From the IMG/VR virus record IMGVR_UViG_3300006145_000007, positions 40,400 through 104,399 of that record: DNA of 64,000 bases, one strand, 5' to 3'. The position numbers and the translations under genes were made by a program. The notes beneath the pieces were generated by a model. That model was not told where the DNA came from and did not search any database. It saw only the letters and a program-made list of their open reading frames with translations. Shown in pieces: positions 27,585 through 37,045 of this stretch. Each line of letters begins with the position of its first letter. Position 1 is the stretch's first letter. The stretch is from a virus. Lineage: Duplodnaviria; Heunggongvirae; Uroviricota; Caudoviricetes.

Positions 27585-28577
27585 CTATCGCAACCGCCTC
27601 CTTTCTTGGTAAAGCGTTTCGAAAACCTCCCGGCCTTTGTCGGTCGGGCTGTCCTTCGGCTCCAACATTTCATCTTTGTTGCGCACCCAGTACACGTTGG
27701 CATACTGCCTGAGCTTCATGATGTTCGCATCCTCACGTATGTTGATCTCGGCGTCCAATGCGAATGTTACCGCCACACCCAGTTTGATCAGGATCTTAAA
27801 CTGGTTGTCGTTCAGATGGCTTGTCAAAACCGCTCCGGTATTCTGGATACCCCAGCCGTCTGCCATCATCACGGACTTCGCGCCTTCAAACAGGATGATC
27901 TCACCCTTCGCACGAATCGGTGCGATGTTATCTGACAAACCGTAGATGGTATCCAGAGTACCAAGAGACTGAAAGTATGTGTACTTCCGAAGGTTCTTTT
28001 CCTTATAGTGTGGGTCGAGCGTTCTGCCGCATACGCTGATGATGTTGCCGCTGACATCACGGATTGGGTACACAAGGCGGTCGTAGAACGGATCATACCT
28101 GACCTGGAACTTTGCCATGGATTCCATACTGATACCTTCACGTTCCCACACAGCGAGCTTCTTTACATCCCACTCGTAGCGGTTCATGTAGTCGCTTTGC
28201 AGTACATAGGTTTTTGATTGTTTCTCCTTTTTATGCCTGACCTGAAACCTTTTCGCAACCGTTGTTGCAGCGAGCCGGCGCGGCGCGCTGGTCTGTTGTT
28301 CATCGTCTGTTATCCCGGCGTATCGTTTCAGGATATCGAGCCCCTTCAGGAACCCACAGTTGTGATATGCACATATGAAATCCAGAACATTCCCGCCCTT
28401 ACCGGACGAGAAGTCATAGAACTTCTGCATCTCTGTGTTAATGGAGAATGACGGTGTGCGTTCATCCTTGAGTGGACTGAGACACCAGTATTCGCCGTCC
28501 TCTTTTTCCACCGGATCGCAGAACTGAGATATGTATTCCAAGATATCAACACTCTCTACGATCTCGTAAACCTCCAC
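27585..28577 (-). CDS. dnaG: DNA primase (DnaG-like Zn-binding + TOPRIM)
   Basis: ..WCLSPLKDERTPSFSIN..FYDFSSGKGGNVLDFI.. matches the CHC2 zinc-finger region of primases. Confidence 0.65.
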   Translation of the reverse strand: MEVYEIVESVDILEYISQFCDPVEKEDGEYWCLSPLKDERTPSFSINTEMQKFYDFSSGKGGNVLDFICAYHNCGFLKGLDILKRYAGITDDEQQTSAPRRLAATTVAKRFQVRHKKEKQSKTYVLQSDYMNRYEWDVKKLAVWEREGISMESMAKFQVRYDPFYDRLVYPIRDVSGNIISVCGRTLDPHYKEKNLRKYTYFQSLGTLDTIYGLSDNIAPIRAKGEIILFEGAKSVMMADGWGIQNTGAVLTSHLNDNQFKILIKLGVAVTFALDAEINIREDANIMKLRQYANVYWVRNKDEMLEPKDSPTDKGREVFETLYQERRRLR

Positions 28578-28594
28578 ACCGTCACCCCCAAAAT

Positions 28595-29935
28595 TTAATA
28601 TGGTTCCTGCTGTACGTGCTGCTTTGCCTCTTCATACGAGATCAGGTTCCCGCAGAAGTTCATGTCTATGTATTCGTCTGGAGACATCTGCGGGCCGTTG
28701 CGGTTCAGCACGACACGAAGTTTCTTGTTGCCGCACTCAGGCCCGTCTGCCTCGATCTCTTCCGGCAGCTTGTCCTGGATGATTGCGATAGTCGAAGCAT
28801 TGCGCCCGATCTTTGCGCTGTCTGCGACTCTGCCTGTCGATGTGGCCTGCGCCGCTCCAATCCCGGCGATGTTCATATCACCACAGATCTGGTTCTTGAC
28901 CATATCGACAAACCTTCCGAGTTCCTGGTAGCTGTCGAAGGCGTCGCCCTCGCCCTTCCCCTTGAAGTAGTCCACAATCAGAACGTCAATACCCTGTGTG
29001 TGATTGACCTTCTTCACCGTCGTATAGATGCTTTGTGCGTCAAACATCGGCATATAGAGATGGGTGAAGCTCTTATTCTTCATCCACTTCCTGCACTCGT
29101 CAAGCCGCCTTGCTTCCTCTGGTGAGTAGTTTCCGCTGCGGACACGGTTAAACTCGATCTTCGCCAGATGTGCCATAAGCCTGCAGGTGAACAGGCGAGA
29201 GTTCAGCTCACTGTCTATATACATGACACGCTTACCTCTGCTCAGCAAATCAACAGCGCAGTTCAGGAGCATCATGCTCTTACCTTGCTTTGCCTCTGCT
29301 GCGAACACCACCAGCTCACCGGGTTCAATGGTCACATACTGATTGAGAGTCGGGAACTTGAAGGGGATACCGGATGTACCGTCCTTCTGCCTTTGACAGA
29401 TCTGATACCATAGGTCATCTACCACATCCTTATACTGAGGAACCTCTTTGTTTGTGGAGAACTGCATCATCACATCATCGAGGGTGGAGTAGATCTTTTG
29501 CTCGATTTCTTTTTCTGTCATACTTTGGCAGATATTCTGACACTCAGACAGCTTCTGGTAAGTAGCGCGGCGGAACGCCATATTGAGTACAGACTCTGCG
29601 GCGAGCCTGTAATCCTCCGGTGTGTTTCTGGCGATCGATGTCGCGGTATTGATGAACTCCTCAACATTCCTCTCGTTCAGGACACTGTCAACCTTCGCTC
29701 TCAGCTTTGGCTGCGACCTTAAGATATTCAGGATGTTGTATGCGTCAACCGTGTGGATGTTGTGCTCTTCGAGTTGCTTAAGTGCGTAGAAGAGCCAGGA
29801 GTTCGTTTGGTTTGTAAAATGCCTTGGGTTGAGCTGTTCCACCAAATACACGTAGTCCGGATGGAAGACCAGAGAGGCAACTACACCGGCCTCACTGTTC
29901 AAGTCGCAAATATCATTGACATCCAATGTAATCAC
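28595..29935 (-). CDS. dnaB: replicative DNA helicase (DnaB family)
   Basis: DnaB N-terminal domain, Walker A ..AAEAKQGKSMMLLN.., RecA-like core. Confidence 0.85.
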   Translation of the reverse strand: MITLDVNDICDLNSEAGVVASLVFHPDYVYLVEQLNPRHFTNQTNSWLFYALKQLEEHNIHTVDAYNILNILRSQPKLRAKVDSVLNERNVEEFINTATSIARNTPEDYRLAAESVLNMAFRRATYQKLSECQNICQSMTEKEIEQKIYSTLDDVMMQFSTNKEVPQYKDVVDDLWYQICQRQKDGTSGIPFKFPTLNQYVTIEPGELVVFAAEAKQGKSMMLLNCAVDLLSRGKRVMYIDSELNSRLFTCRLMAHLAKIEFNRVRSGNYSPEEARRLDECRKWMKNKSFTHLYMPMFDAQSIYTTVKKVNHTQGIDVLIVDYFKGKGEGDAFDSYQELGRFVDMVKNQICGDMNIAGIGAAQATSTGRVADSAKIGRNASTIAIIQDKLPEEIEADGPECGNKKLRVVLNRNGPQMSPDEYIDMNFCGNLISYEEAKQHVQQEPY

Positions 29936-30705
29936 CTTCCGTTCGTCTGGAAGAAGCAGCAGTCGCCGCTCTTATCACAGATATATCTGCACTTCCAGTA
30001 TTCTATCTTTGGAGACCAGTCTTCGTTCTCGGTGATTGTGTCAATGGTTTTGAGCGCCCATTCCTTTGTCTTTTCAAATTCTTCCTGACGGAAGGGCTCG
30101 GAGATCAACTGCCCCGTTCGGAAGCAGTTGAACTCCAGCCTGTCAGGGTATGTATGATAAAGCTGTTCCATCGGAACGCTATACAGGTAAAGCTGTCTCA
30201 GATATGAGTCCAGCTCGGCATCTGATACTGTTGGCTTCTTTCTCCCGGATCTTGGCTTCAGCGCCCTGGACTTGTTGTCAAGGATCACAAGTTTGCCGTC
30301 GTCCATCGCCACACAGTCGATGATACCTGTGAATGGTTTGTCACCAACGAGGAAGTCAACCTTCTGTTCCACCCCTACCGGCGACAAGTACGGGAAATCA
30401 ATCTCGCTTAGATAGTCGTAACCCTGATCAAAATAGCTTTTGAATATTCTGTTGCTCGGCGCCTTGCCCCTTACGTTCTTACGAAACCCGGACACATATG
30501 CGCCTGTCAGCTCTTCTTTCTCCAAAAAACCTCGCAGATACAGTTCAATCAGCTTGTGCATAAAGCTCCCGTAGTCCGAGAAGAACATGGGTTTCTTGTC
30601 CGCCTTCTTGATGTAAGAAAGCAAAAACCCATATGGGCACATCTCAAACTGACCGATCCGAGAATAAGACCATGTGAAATCCGAAATGATATTCGAGTAG
30701 TTCAC
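29932..30705 (-). CDS. PD-(D/E)XK nuclease, Cas4-like/RecB-family exonuclease with C-terminal Cys cluster
   Basis: ..IDCVAMDDGKLVILDNKS.. D..D/E.K motif; C-terminal ..CRYICDKSGDCCFFQ.. Fe-S-type cysteines. Confidence 0.6.
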   Translation of the reverse strand: MNYSNIISDFTWSYSRIGQFEMCPYGFLLSYIKKADKKPMFFSDYGSFMHKLIELYLRGFLEKEELTGAYVSGFRKNVRGKAPSNRIFKSYFDQGYDYLSEIDFPYLSPVGVEQKVDFLVGDKPFTGIIDCVAMDDGKLVILDNKSRALKPRSGRKKPTVSDAELDSYLRQLYLYSVPMEQLYHTYPDRLEFNCFRTGQLISEPFRQEEFEKTKEWALKTIDTITENEDWSPKIEYWKCRYICDKSGDCCFFQTNGR

Positions 30706-30723
30706 AAGTCTTCACCAGGTCTC

Positions 30724-31122
30724 TTAGAACGGCAGGCCGTCCTGATCGTCAACCTCACCGTCGTCCACGGAGAAAGCAGTCTTTTTCTTGCTGCCGCCAG
30801 ACTTCGCGGCGGTGTTCCCGGAAGTATTGCTGTCAGCCATCTCAAAGTCGAAGACCTTGTAGTTGACATACTCCTTCTGCTGCTCCTTGTTGTACGTGGT
30901 ACCCACGTCGCACTCCAGAATCCTGATCCGGTCTTTGGCCTTCAGGCTCTTGGCCGCCTCATGCGCCTTCCCGATGAAGGTGCAGAAGCCGGAGAAGTCC
31001 TGCTCATACTCACCGGTCATCTTGTTCTTGCGACTGGATGACAGGCGAACTCGTGTGGTGTTTCCGGACTTACTCGGCTCAGTTGACCACACAGACATGT
31101 AGTTCCCTACGCGAAATCCCAT
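30724..31122 (-). CDS. ssb: single-stranded DNA-binding protein
   Basis: OB-fold-sized protein with acidic C-terminal tail ..DDGEVDDQDGLPF (cf. SSB DDDIPF). Confidence 0.7.
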   Translation of the reverse strand: MGFRVGNYMSVWSTEPSKSGNTTRVRLSSSRKNKMTGEYEQDFSGFCTFIGKAHEAAKSLKAKDRIRILECDVGTTYNKEQQKEYVNYKVFDFEMADSNTSGNTAAKSGGSKKKTAFSVDDGEVDDQDGLPF

Positions 31123-31147
31123 AGTACCAACCTTCCTTATGTAATAC

Positions 31148-31861
31148 TTATTTCACGCCGAGTTCCTGCTTCAGCGCCTCGAACAGCTCGGACGCCTGAG
31201 CGGAAGTCTCTACGGCGTAGTAGTTCGCGCTCGGCTTGCCGTTCTCGCGAACATACTTCTTGGTCAACGTGATGACCTTCGGTTTGTCGTCAGGGTGCTG
31301 CGACAGATGGGCGGTCACCAGCCCATGGATCTGCTCCACGATCTTCCCGGCGATTGCGCGGTCTTCCTCGCCTTCAGCAAACCTCTGCTTGCTTCGCCAG
31401 TCGTCCGGGTCTTCGCCGTCCAGCGTTGCGATCTGGAAGAACTGCGTCAGGAACTGACGCAGGCCGTAGGTCAGACCGCTGCCGACTGCTTGTGCAGGAT
31501 CGGCTTGGCTCCCTGCGATGAACCATGGCACATCGATCCTCTCGGTCGGGTCATCATCATTCACCCAGGTGTAGACGATGCCGGCCTTCGCCGTGAACTC
31601 ATTGTTCTTCTCCTCGTACTGCTGGCCGTCTTTGGTGAACTTGGTCTTGCAGTATGTATACGGTTCGACGGACTCAGAGCCAGGAACGATGCTGGGGATC
31701 AGGGACACATTGTACTTGTTCATGCCGGCCGTGACCCTTGCCAGAATCTCGTCGATGGAGGTGTACTTGTAGTTGAACCCTTTCCGGTTCTTCTGGATCA
31801 CCTCTGTCATCTTGCGGATCTTGGACAGCTTCTGTTGGAGGTTCAAAACTTCTTCTGCCAT
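31148..31861 (-). CDS. ERF-family single-strand annealing recombinase
   Basis: N-terminal ..NLQQKLSKIRKMTEVIQKNRKGFNYKYTSIDEILARV.. matches the Erf superfamily pattern. Confidence 0.7.
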   Translation of the reverse strand: MAEEVLNLQQKLSKIRKMTEVIQKNRKGFNYKYTSIDEILARVTAGMNKYNVSLIPSIVPGSESVEPYTYCKTKFTKDGQQYEEKNNEFTAKAGIVYTWVNDDDPTERIDVPWFIAGSQADPAQAVGSGLTYGLRQFLTQFFQIATLDGEDPDDWRSKQRFAEGEEDRAIAGKIVEQIHGLVTAHLSQHPDDKPKVITLTKKYVRENGKPSANYYAVETSAQASELFEALKQELGVK

Positions 31862-31875
31862 ACTCGGTTCTCCTG

Positions 31876-32160
31876 TTACTCCACGGCGAGCAGCGACTTG
31901 AAGTTGGAGATCACCTTGTCGTTCTTGGCCTTTGCCTCGGCCAAGCCGCTCTTCGTAGCAGCAAGCTCCCTCTCATACTCGTCGATTTCGCCCATGGTCT
32001 CGCTGATGTTCTGGCTGATCTTCCCAAGCTCGTCAATCGTGTTGGTGACGAGAGACACCGCACGGTCAAACTGAGCATTGAACTGATTCAGCCGGTTCTT
32101 CTTCTGCGCCAAGATATCCATTGGCGCCTGCTGAGGTGTTGCCTGCTTCTTGAAAGCCAT
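31876..32160 (-). CDS. hypothetical coiled-coil protein
   Basis: 94-aa ORF. Confidence 0.4.
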   Translation of the reverse strand: MAFKKQATPQQAPMDILAQKKNRLNQFNAQFDRAVSLVTNTIDELGKISQNISETMGEIDEYERELAATKSGLAEAKAKNDKVISNFKSLLAVE

Positions 32161-32175
32161 GTTGTTTCCTCCTTT

Positions 32176-32787
32176 TTAATCTTGTTTTGCTTCTTGTATG
32201 TACGTAGCGGCCTCATCAGCCACATGAAGCAACCATGCCAGTGGGAACTGCTCATATGTCTGGCCGACATTCTCGTTATCGAATGCGCCCATATGGCAGT
32301 TGATCGCGGCGGCCTCCTCCGGTGTGAGCTTAATGAAATTCTGAACAATGAACACCGACTTACTGCCGTGACCGCCGAAGCAGAACTTTTCCTTGATGGC
32401 GTAGGAATCGTAGCTTTCCCACCTACCCTCGCTGTTCTTCCGATTCCGCTTCTCGGTCACATAGAAATTGACCTTACAGAGATCATGGAACAGCGCGATA
32501 ATCGCTGCCGTTTCCTCGGACGCCTGGATCTGTGGGTACGCTGCGAGCAAACGCTTCAGCTCGTCGTAGACGTTGAGTGAATGCTCCAGCAGACCACCCT
32601 GGTAACTGCCGTGGTATCTCCTGCTTGCCGGCGCTGTGTAGAAGTCACTGCTTTCCAGCCAGTCCATCAGACCATCTACGCCTTCTCTGTGGATCGCGCT
32701 GCACAGCGAGAGAAACCTTTCTTTCTCGTTCAATGGAACCACCCCTTTCATTCCGCGTACTCCCATGGATAGATAGGAATACTGCAT
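32176..32787 (-). CDS. HD-domain metal-dependent phosphohydrolase
   Basis: ..HSLNVYDELK.. and ..ALFHDLCK.. (H..HD..K signature). Confidence 0.65.
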   Translation of the reverse strand: MQYSYLSMGVRGMKGVVPLNEKERFLSLCSAIHREGVDGLMDWLESSDFYTAPASRRYHGSYQGGLLEHSLNVYDELKRLLAAYPQIQASEETAAIIALFHDLCKVNFYVTEKRNRKNSEGRWESYDSYAIKEKFCFGGHGSKSVFIVQNFIKLTPEEAAAINCHMGAFDNENVGQTYEQFPLAWLLHVADEAATYIQEAKQD

Positions 32788-33159
32788 TGATAGTTGATAG
32801 TGCCCATTTCAAGGCACTTATAGAGGGCGTCAGAATCAAACATTTTGAAAAATTTAACGCCCGGTCAACAGCTCTCGCTGGTGAACCCCTTATAGGTGGA
32901 TGTATTTATCTTCCAAAACTTTAGGGTTCCTGTCCCTCCCGAGCTTGACGAACTTGCCGTCTTTCAGCTCGTAGAGGAAGTAGTATTCCCTGGATGGCTT
33001 CGATGTTGTAATGTAGCGAAGGTTGCCGTCCTTGTCGTAGTGGCCGACCCATACAATCTCTCCCTTTGGATACGCATACTCCATACTCTCGCCTCAAATA
33101 ATAGTGTTGATAGAGCAAAAGAAAAGAGCCAGCCAGCACGGCTGTCTCTTTCCTGCCTG

Positions 33160-34089
33160 TTAGGTGAACACTGCTTTCCAGCAAGCGTAGTCATCAAACA
33201 GATCCCGCCTCAATATCCCTGCCACCTTGCTCCTTGTATAGTTCGTGTGGTAGGTGCTTCCCATCTTACTGATATGGTCAGCTATCAGTGTATCAAAGTT
33301 GACTGGGTCTCCCATACGTTCCGCCTCGTATACTCTGTAGAACACACCAGACAGGCGGAGCTTGCCGTATGTCAGCTCAACATCATGCGCCTTGAACGCC
33401 TTTTGGATGATACTTTTCACCGTGTTCAGCTTGACCTGTTCTGATCTGATACCACGCATCAGATACTCTCCGGCGCACCTGTTTCTGGTCTGCTTGTAAC
33501 GCGGGTGTTCATAGACGAACTCTGTCGCGTCACATGCCATGCGGAACGCTGGTATCGCTTCACGGTACAGCTCATAGGACTTGCCGCCATGCTCAATCAA
33601 CATAGAGGAGAAGTCCACTTCGCTGACCTTGATGTCAAGTGCGTCCTCTTCTGTGATGCCGGCGAACGCCATCCATAGGTAGCACCTGTAGATACAGTCA
33701 ACCGTGTTGCTCTCAACAGGCTGGAACACCTTGTCCAATGTCGCCTGGAGATGCCTCGGAGATGAAACCATACGGCGCCTTATCTTTTCGTCCATCTGAG
33801 ACTGCACATCGTAGATAGCGTCACATGTCTCATATCCGTTGTCCTTACACCACACGACGTATGAACGGAGGAAGGCGACATACGAATCCATAGACCTTGT
33901 TCTTGCACCGAAGTTCCCGTTTATAATCTCCTGCACAGTCTCCAGAGGAAGCTCGCAGAAGTCGGTGCCGGCTGCCTCCTCATACCTTCCTGTTGTCCGG
34001 AACACAGAACGTCCGAAGTCTGACGAACTCCGCGTGCTTTCGATGAACTGTACCTTGCGCTCTTCGTTATACATACCCGTCCTCCTCAT
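33160..34089 (-). CDS. hypothetical protein, translationally coupled to the upstream MazF-like gene
   Basis: 309-aa ORF whose ATG overlaps the MazF-like stop (ATGA at 34086-34089). Confidence 0.5.
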   Translation of the reverse strand: MRRTGMYNEERKVQFIESTRSSSDFGRSVFRTTGRYEEAAGTDFCELPLETVQEIINGNFGARTRSMDSYVAFLRSYVVWCKDNGYETCDAIYDVQSQMDEKIRRRMVSSPRHLQATLDKVFQPVESNTVDCIYRCYLWMAFAGITEEDALDIKVSEVDFSSMLIEHGGKSYELYREAIPAFRMACDATEFVYEHPRYKQTRNRCAGEYLMRGIRSEQVKLNTVKSIIQKAFKAHDVELTYGKLRLSGVFYRVYEAERMGDPVNFDTLIADHISKMGSTYHTNYTRSKVAGILRRDLFDDYACWKAVFT

Positions 34090-34517
34090 GCCACACTGTT
34101 CAGTCTGACAGACTTGCGCCAGACATCAATCAGCTCGGCTTCGTCCAGGAAGGAGATCGCTGCCGTGGCGATCAGACTTGCTATGGCGATCTGCTTCATG
34201 TACTTGTCGGACAGTTTAGTGATGAAGCTGCCGATACGTGTCTTGGACATCTTCTCTGGATTCTCGCATAGCACCATGCTGTCTTTTGGAAGCCCAGACT
34301 CTGATGATGCAACCAGGACATGGGTAGGTTGGCCTGTCTTCTTCATGACCTTAGTCATAGGGAGCGCAATCACATTAGGGCTGTGTGCGTTGCCAACATT
34401 GTTCTGGAAGACCACACCAGGTCTCCACCCGCTCTGCTCGTTCCCGACCCCTTCAAATTTCATGTAGTATACTTCCCCGATCAGTGGGGACACACATGCT
34501 TGACGAGTCTCGCTCAT
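34086..34517 (-). CDS. MazF/PemK-family endoribonuclease-like protein with ~50-aa C-terminal extension
   Basis: ..GEVYYMKFEGVGNEQSGWRPGVVFQNNVGNAHSPNVIALPMTKV.. matches MazF/Kid core (G.RP.VV...N); no MazE-like ORF upstream. Confidence 0.6.
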   Translation of the reverse strand: MSETRQACVSPLIGEVYYMKFEGVGNEQSGWRPGVVFQNNVGNAHSPNVIALPMTKVMKKTGQPTHVLVASSESGLPKDSMVLCENPEKMSKTRIGSFITKLSDKYMKQIAIASLIATAAISFLDEAELIDVWRKSVRLNSVA

Positions 34518-34554
34518 AACTCAGTACCTCGCTATAGTTTTTTAGGTTGGCCTG

Positions 34555-34583
34555 ATTATATCATATGGGCGCAGTTTTGTCAA
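34555..34583 (-). promoter_or_regulatory. consensus sigma-70-type promoter (TTGACA-17-TATAAT) driving the MazF-like operon
   Basis: On - strand: TTGACA (34583-34578), 17-nt spacer, TATAAT (34560-34555); GAGGT RBS before ATG 34517; near-perfect palindrome GAATTTTCGAGAAAATTTTC at 34598-34617 just upstream. Confidence 0.6.
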
Positions 34584-34615
34584 CACTTTTTTTTGAAGAA
34601 TTTTCGAGAAAATTT

Positions 34616-34924
34616 TCAAGCACATTTTAGGGTGAATCTTACCGGTATAGGCTCCCCATCCATAGAATAATCACCACATACGAAGATATAAACCTGGTAA
34701 CCATCCATTTTCCCTTTCTTCTTGATAGCCTGAATGTGGGTAAGACACAGGAAGTCAACACCATTTTTCAGAGCGATATAGGGGGACGCCGACAGGATCA
34801 CGGACGCATGGCTGAACTGGGTAGAGAAGGCGAGTGGGGTAAGCGGGTCGTCGTATTCCAGCATGAACCGGCTATACGTACCGATTTCATTGCGGAACTT
34901 CCCGAGAGACAGGTTTGATTTCAT
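34616..34924 (-). CDS. hypothetical protein, first gene of the leftward early operon divergent from cI
   Basis: 102-aa ORF. Confidence 0.4.
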   Translation of the reverse strand: MKSNLSLGKFRNEIGTYSRFMLEYDDPLTPLAFSTQFSHASVILSASPYIALKNGVDFLCLTHIQAIKKKGKMDGYQVYIFVCGDYSMDGEPIPVRFTLKCA

Positions 34925-35054
34925 TGTTTACCTCCAAAAAGGAACTTGACATACATGGTGTTTTGTGCTACTCTGTGAATGTAACATTCTGTTGATGTAA
35001 CAAACAATAACACAAACACTCTGTTATGTCAAGGCAAATTTTTCGGAGGTAGCT
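34925..35054. promoter_or_regulatory. divergent promoter/operator region between the leftward early operon and cI
   Basis: TTGACA..TACTCT promoter-like elements; repeated TGTAACA and CTCTGT(T/G) motifs (GAATGTAACATTC near-palindrome). Confidence 0.5.
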
Positions 35055-35825
35055 ATGGACTTCAAAGAAAACCTGAAAGCCATCAGGATGGATAGAGGCA
35101 TGACGCAAAGGTCTCTGGGTGTAAGCCTTGGCGTGACTCCAGTTACGATTGGCAACTGGGAGAGAGGAACAAGACAGCCATCCTTTGACCTGCTTGTCCG
35201 CCTTGCAGAAACTCTTAAAACGAGTACCGACGAACTGCTTGGCAGGTACTCCGGCAAGATACTGAGTCTTGAGGCAGAAGCTATAGCGCGCAAGTATGCA
35301 TCGCTTGACACACACGGCCGCAGCTTAGTCGATACTGTATGCACAATGGAGTATGAGCGAGTACAACATAGTGCGAAAGTTATCAGACTGCCGTCCCGTG
35401 ATGAATCTCAGCATGTGTCGCGGCACAGGTTCCTTCCCAAATACTTGTCCCCTCCGGCGGCAGGCTTTGGTGTACCGCTCGAAGGGGATGACTTTGAGAT
35501 GATTCTTGTAGATGACAACACACCAGATGATGCCGATTACGCGGTCTGCATCTCTGGTGACAGCATGGAGCCGTATATCTCAGATGGCGATATGGTGTTT
35601 GTGATGGAGACCAACGAGCTGGATGATGGAGATGTCGGCATCTTCTGTGTGAACGGAGAGATGTACTGCAAGCAGTATCATGTCGATGACAACGGAACCC
35701 TGCACCTCCTGTCTGCAAATCCGGACAGAGAGCGTGCAAGTTTCCATATCTCACCAGACAGCGGGTACAGTGTGCGGTGCTGCGGGAAAGTCCTTCTGGA
35801 CTTCTGTGTCCCTCTTCCTGACTAA
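35055..35825 (+). CDS. cI: CI-like phage repressor (XRE HTH + S24 LexA-type peptidase domain)
   Basis: HTH ..MTQRSLGVSLGVTPVTIGNWERG..; S24 motif ..AVCISGDSMEP.. and Lys in ..YCKQY..; only + strand gene within the leftward block. Confidence 0.85.
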   Translation: MDFKENLKAIRMDRGMTQRSLGVSLGVTPVTIGNWERGTRQPSFDLLVRLAETLKTSTDELLGRYSGKILSLEAEAIARKYASLDTHGRSLVDTVCTMEYERVQHSAKVIRLPSRDESQHVSRHRFLPKYLSPPAAGFGVPLEGDDFEMILVDDNTPDDADYAVCISGDSMEPYISDGDMVFVMETNELDDGDVGIFCVNGEMYCKQYHVDDNGTLHLLSANPDRERASFHISPDSGYSVRCCGKVLLDFCVPLPD

Positions 35826-36358
35826 CGCCTGTTCAAATAGGCGTGAGCAACCGCCGCACGGTACAGAGCTTCCGTTTCAAAGTTCATCGGGAAAACATGA
35901 ACCTCGTCGCCGTGTTCGCACCGTTCAATCCACGCTTTACGTCGTTCAATTTCAGCGATTCGTTCTTTCGCCTTATCTTCGACGGCCTTCCATTTCCTTT
36001 CCATTTCCTTCGGGTCAACCCACTCTGGGCATTTACCACCTATGAGTTTGAGGTATGACGGGTTGTTGAACAGTTCAGTGGCGTCATAATACTTCCAACC
36101 TTCTCGGATGGATATCTCACGAACAGCCATCTTTCTTTCATGTTCCCCGTGCGGGATGTACCCGCACATACGCTCAAACTCCATACGCTCCGCGCGGTCG
36201 GCACTTGTAGCCATACGTTCCAGCATACGCTGCCTCTCTCTATTGAAGCCGCAAGATGCTATATACTTCTGCTCTGCAGCAAGACCTACTGTCTCTTTCG
36301 CAGCTCTCCCGGCTATATACCCACCGCCTGCAAGCATCCACAAAAATTCAGATAGCAC
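35822..36358 (-). CDS. hypothetical protein
   Basis: 178-aa ORF convergent with cI. Confidence 0.45.
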   Translation of the reverse strand: MLSEFLWMLAGGGYIAGRAAKETVGLAAEQKYIASCGFNRERQRMLERMATSADRAERMEFERMCGYIPHGEHERKMAVREISIREGWKYYDATELFNNPSYLKLIGGKCPEWVDPKEMERKWKAVEDKAKERIAEIERRKAWIERCEHGDEVHVFPMNFETEALYRAAVAHAYLNRR

Positions 36359-36384
36359 GAACCTTCACCTCGGGTTACCTTTCG

Positions 36385-36615
36385 TTACGCAACAGCTTCG
36401 CTGATACTTTCCTTCGCCTCGTCAATCTTATCCAGGGCATCCTCCAGATTGTCGATCGCATTTTCCATACTCTCATACCGTTCACTATTCTGGAGATTCT
36501 CTGGGAGATTGTCGAGGCAATCCTGTTCCTCATCACGCGCATCAGATATCAGGCTGATGGCGCGGTCAAGGAGACTTGTCGCTTCTTTGAGCGAAGACCG
36601 TCTTCCCTTATTCAT
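36385..36615 (-). CDS. small highly acidic helical protein (DNA-mimic-like composition)
   Basis: Likely start at ATG 36615 (MNKGRRSSLKEATSLL..); ..DARDEEQDCLDNLPENLQNSERYESMENAIDNLEDALDKIDEAKE.. Confidence 0.4.
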   Translation of the reverse strand: MNKGRRSSLKEATSLLDRAISLISDARDEEQDCLDNLPENLQNSERYESMENAIDNLEDALDKIDEAKESISEAVA

Positions 36616-36616
36616 C

Positions 36617-36979
36617 TTAGTCCTCCCAAACATGCTTGACGCAGACATAGATCGCGACCTCACCGGACTTGGTCTGGCCCACAGAGAACACATCCACATA
36701 TTGCAGGATGTCTACGAACCTGACCATATCATCGCCATGCAGGTCTACACTCGGGACCTCTACAGAAAAGCTCGCATGGACAGACTCCGGGCGCACATCG
36801 AGGTTCTTTACCTCCACGTCGTTATCGTCTGCGAGCCAGCAGAAGAAGTCATACACCTTGTTGAACTTCTCCATGTTCGTCTGGTTCACGACGCCACGGC
36901 CGCCGGCCACGGCTTCGTTCACACGTTCTGAGAGATCCCTGACGTACTCACGCGGCGCGTTCCCATACACATCTGACAT
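36617..36979 (-). CDS. hypothetical protein
   Basis: 120-aa ORF. Confidence 0.45.
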   Translation of the reverse strand: MSDVYGNAPREYVRDLSERVNEAVAGGRGVVNQTNMEKFNKVYDFFCWLADDNDVEVKNLDVRPESVHASFSVEVPSVDLHGDDMVRFVDILQYVDVFSVGQTKSGEVAIYVCVKHVWED

Positions 36980-37045
36980 TACATTTACCTCCGTAGTTGT
37001 TCTTAAGATATTATACTTGATATGTAAAAATTTTTCAACCTTATA

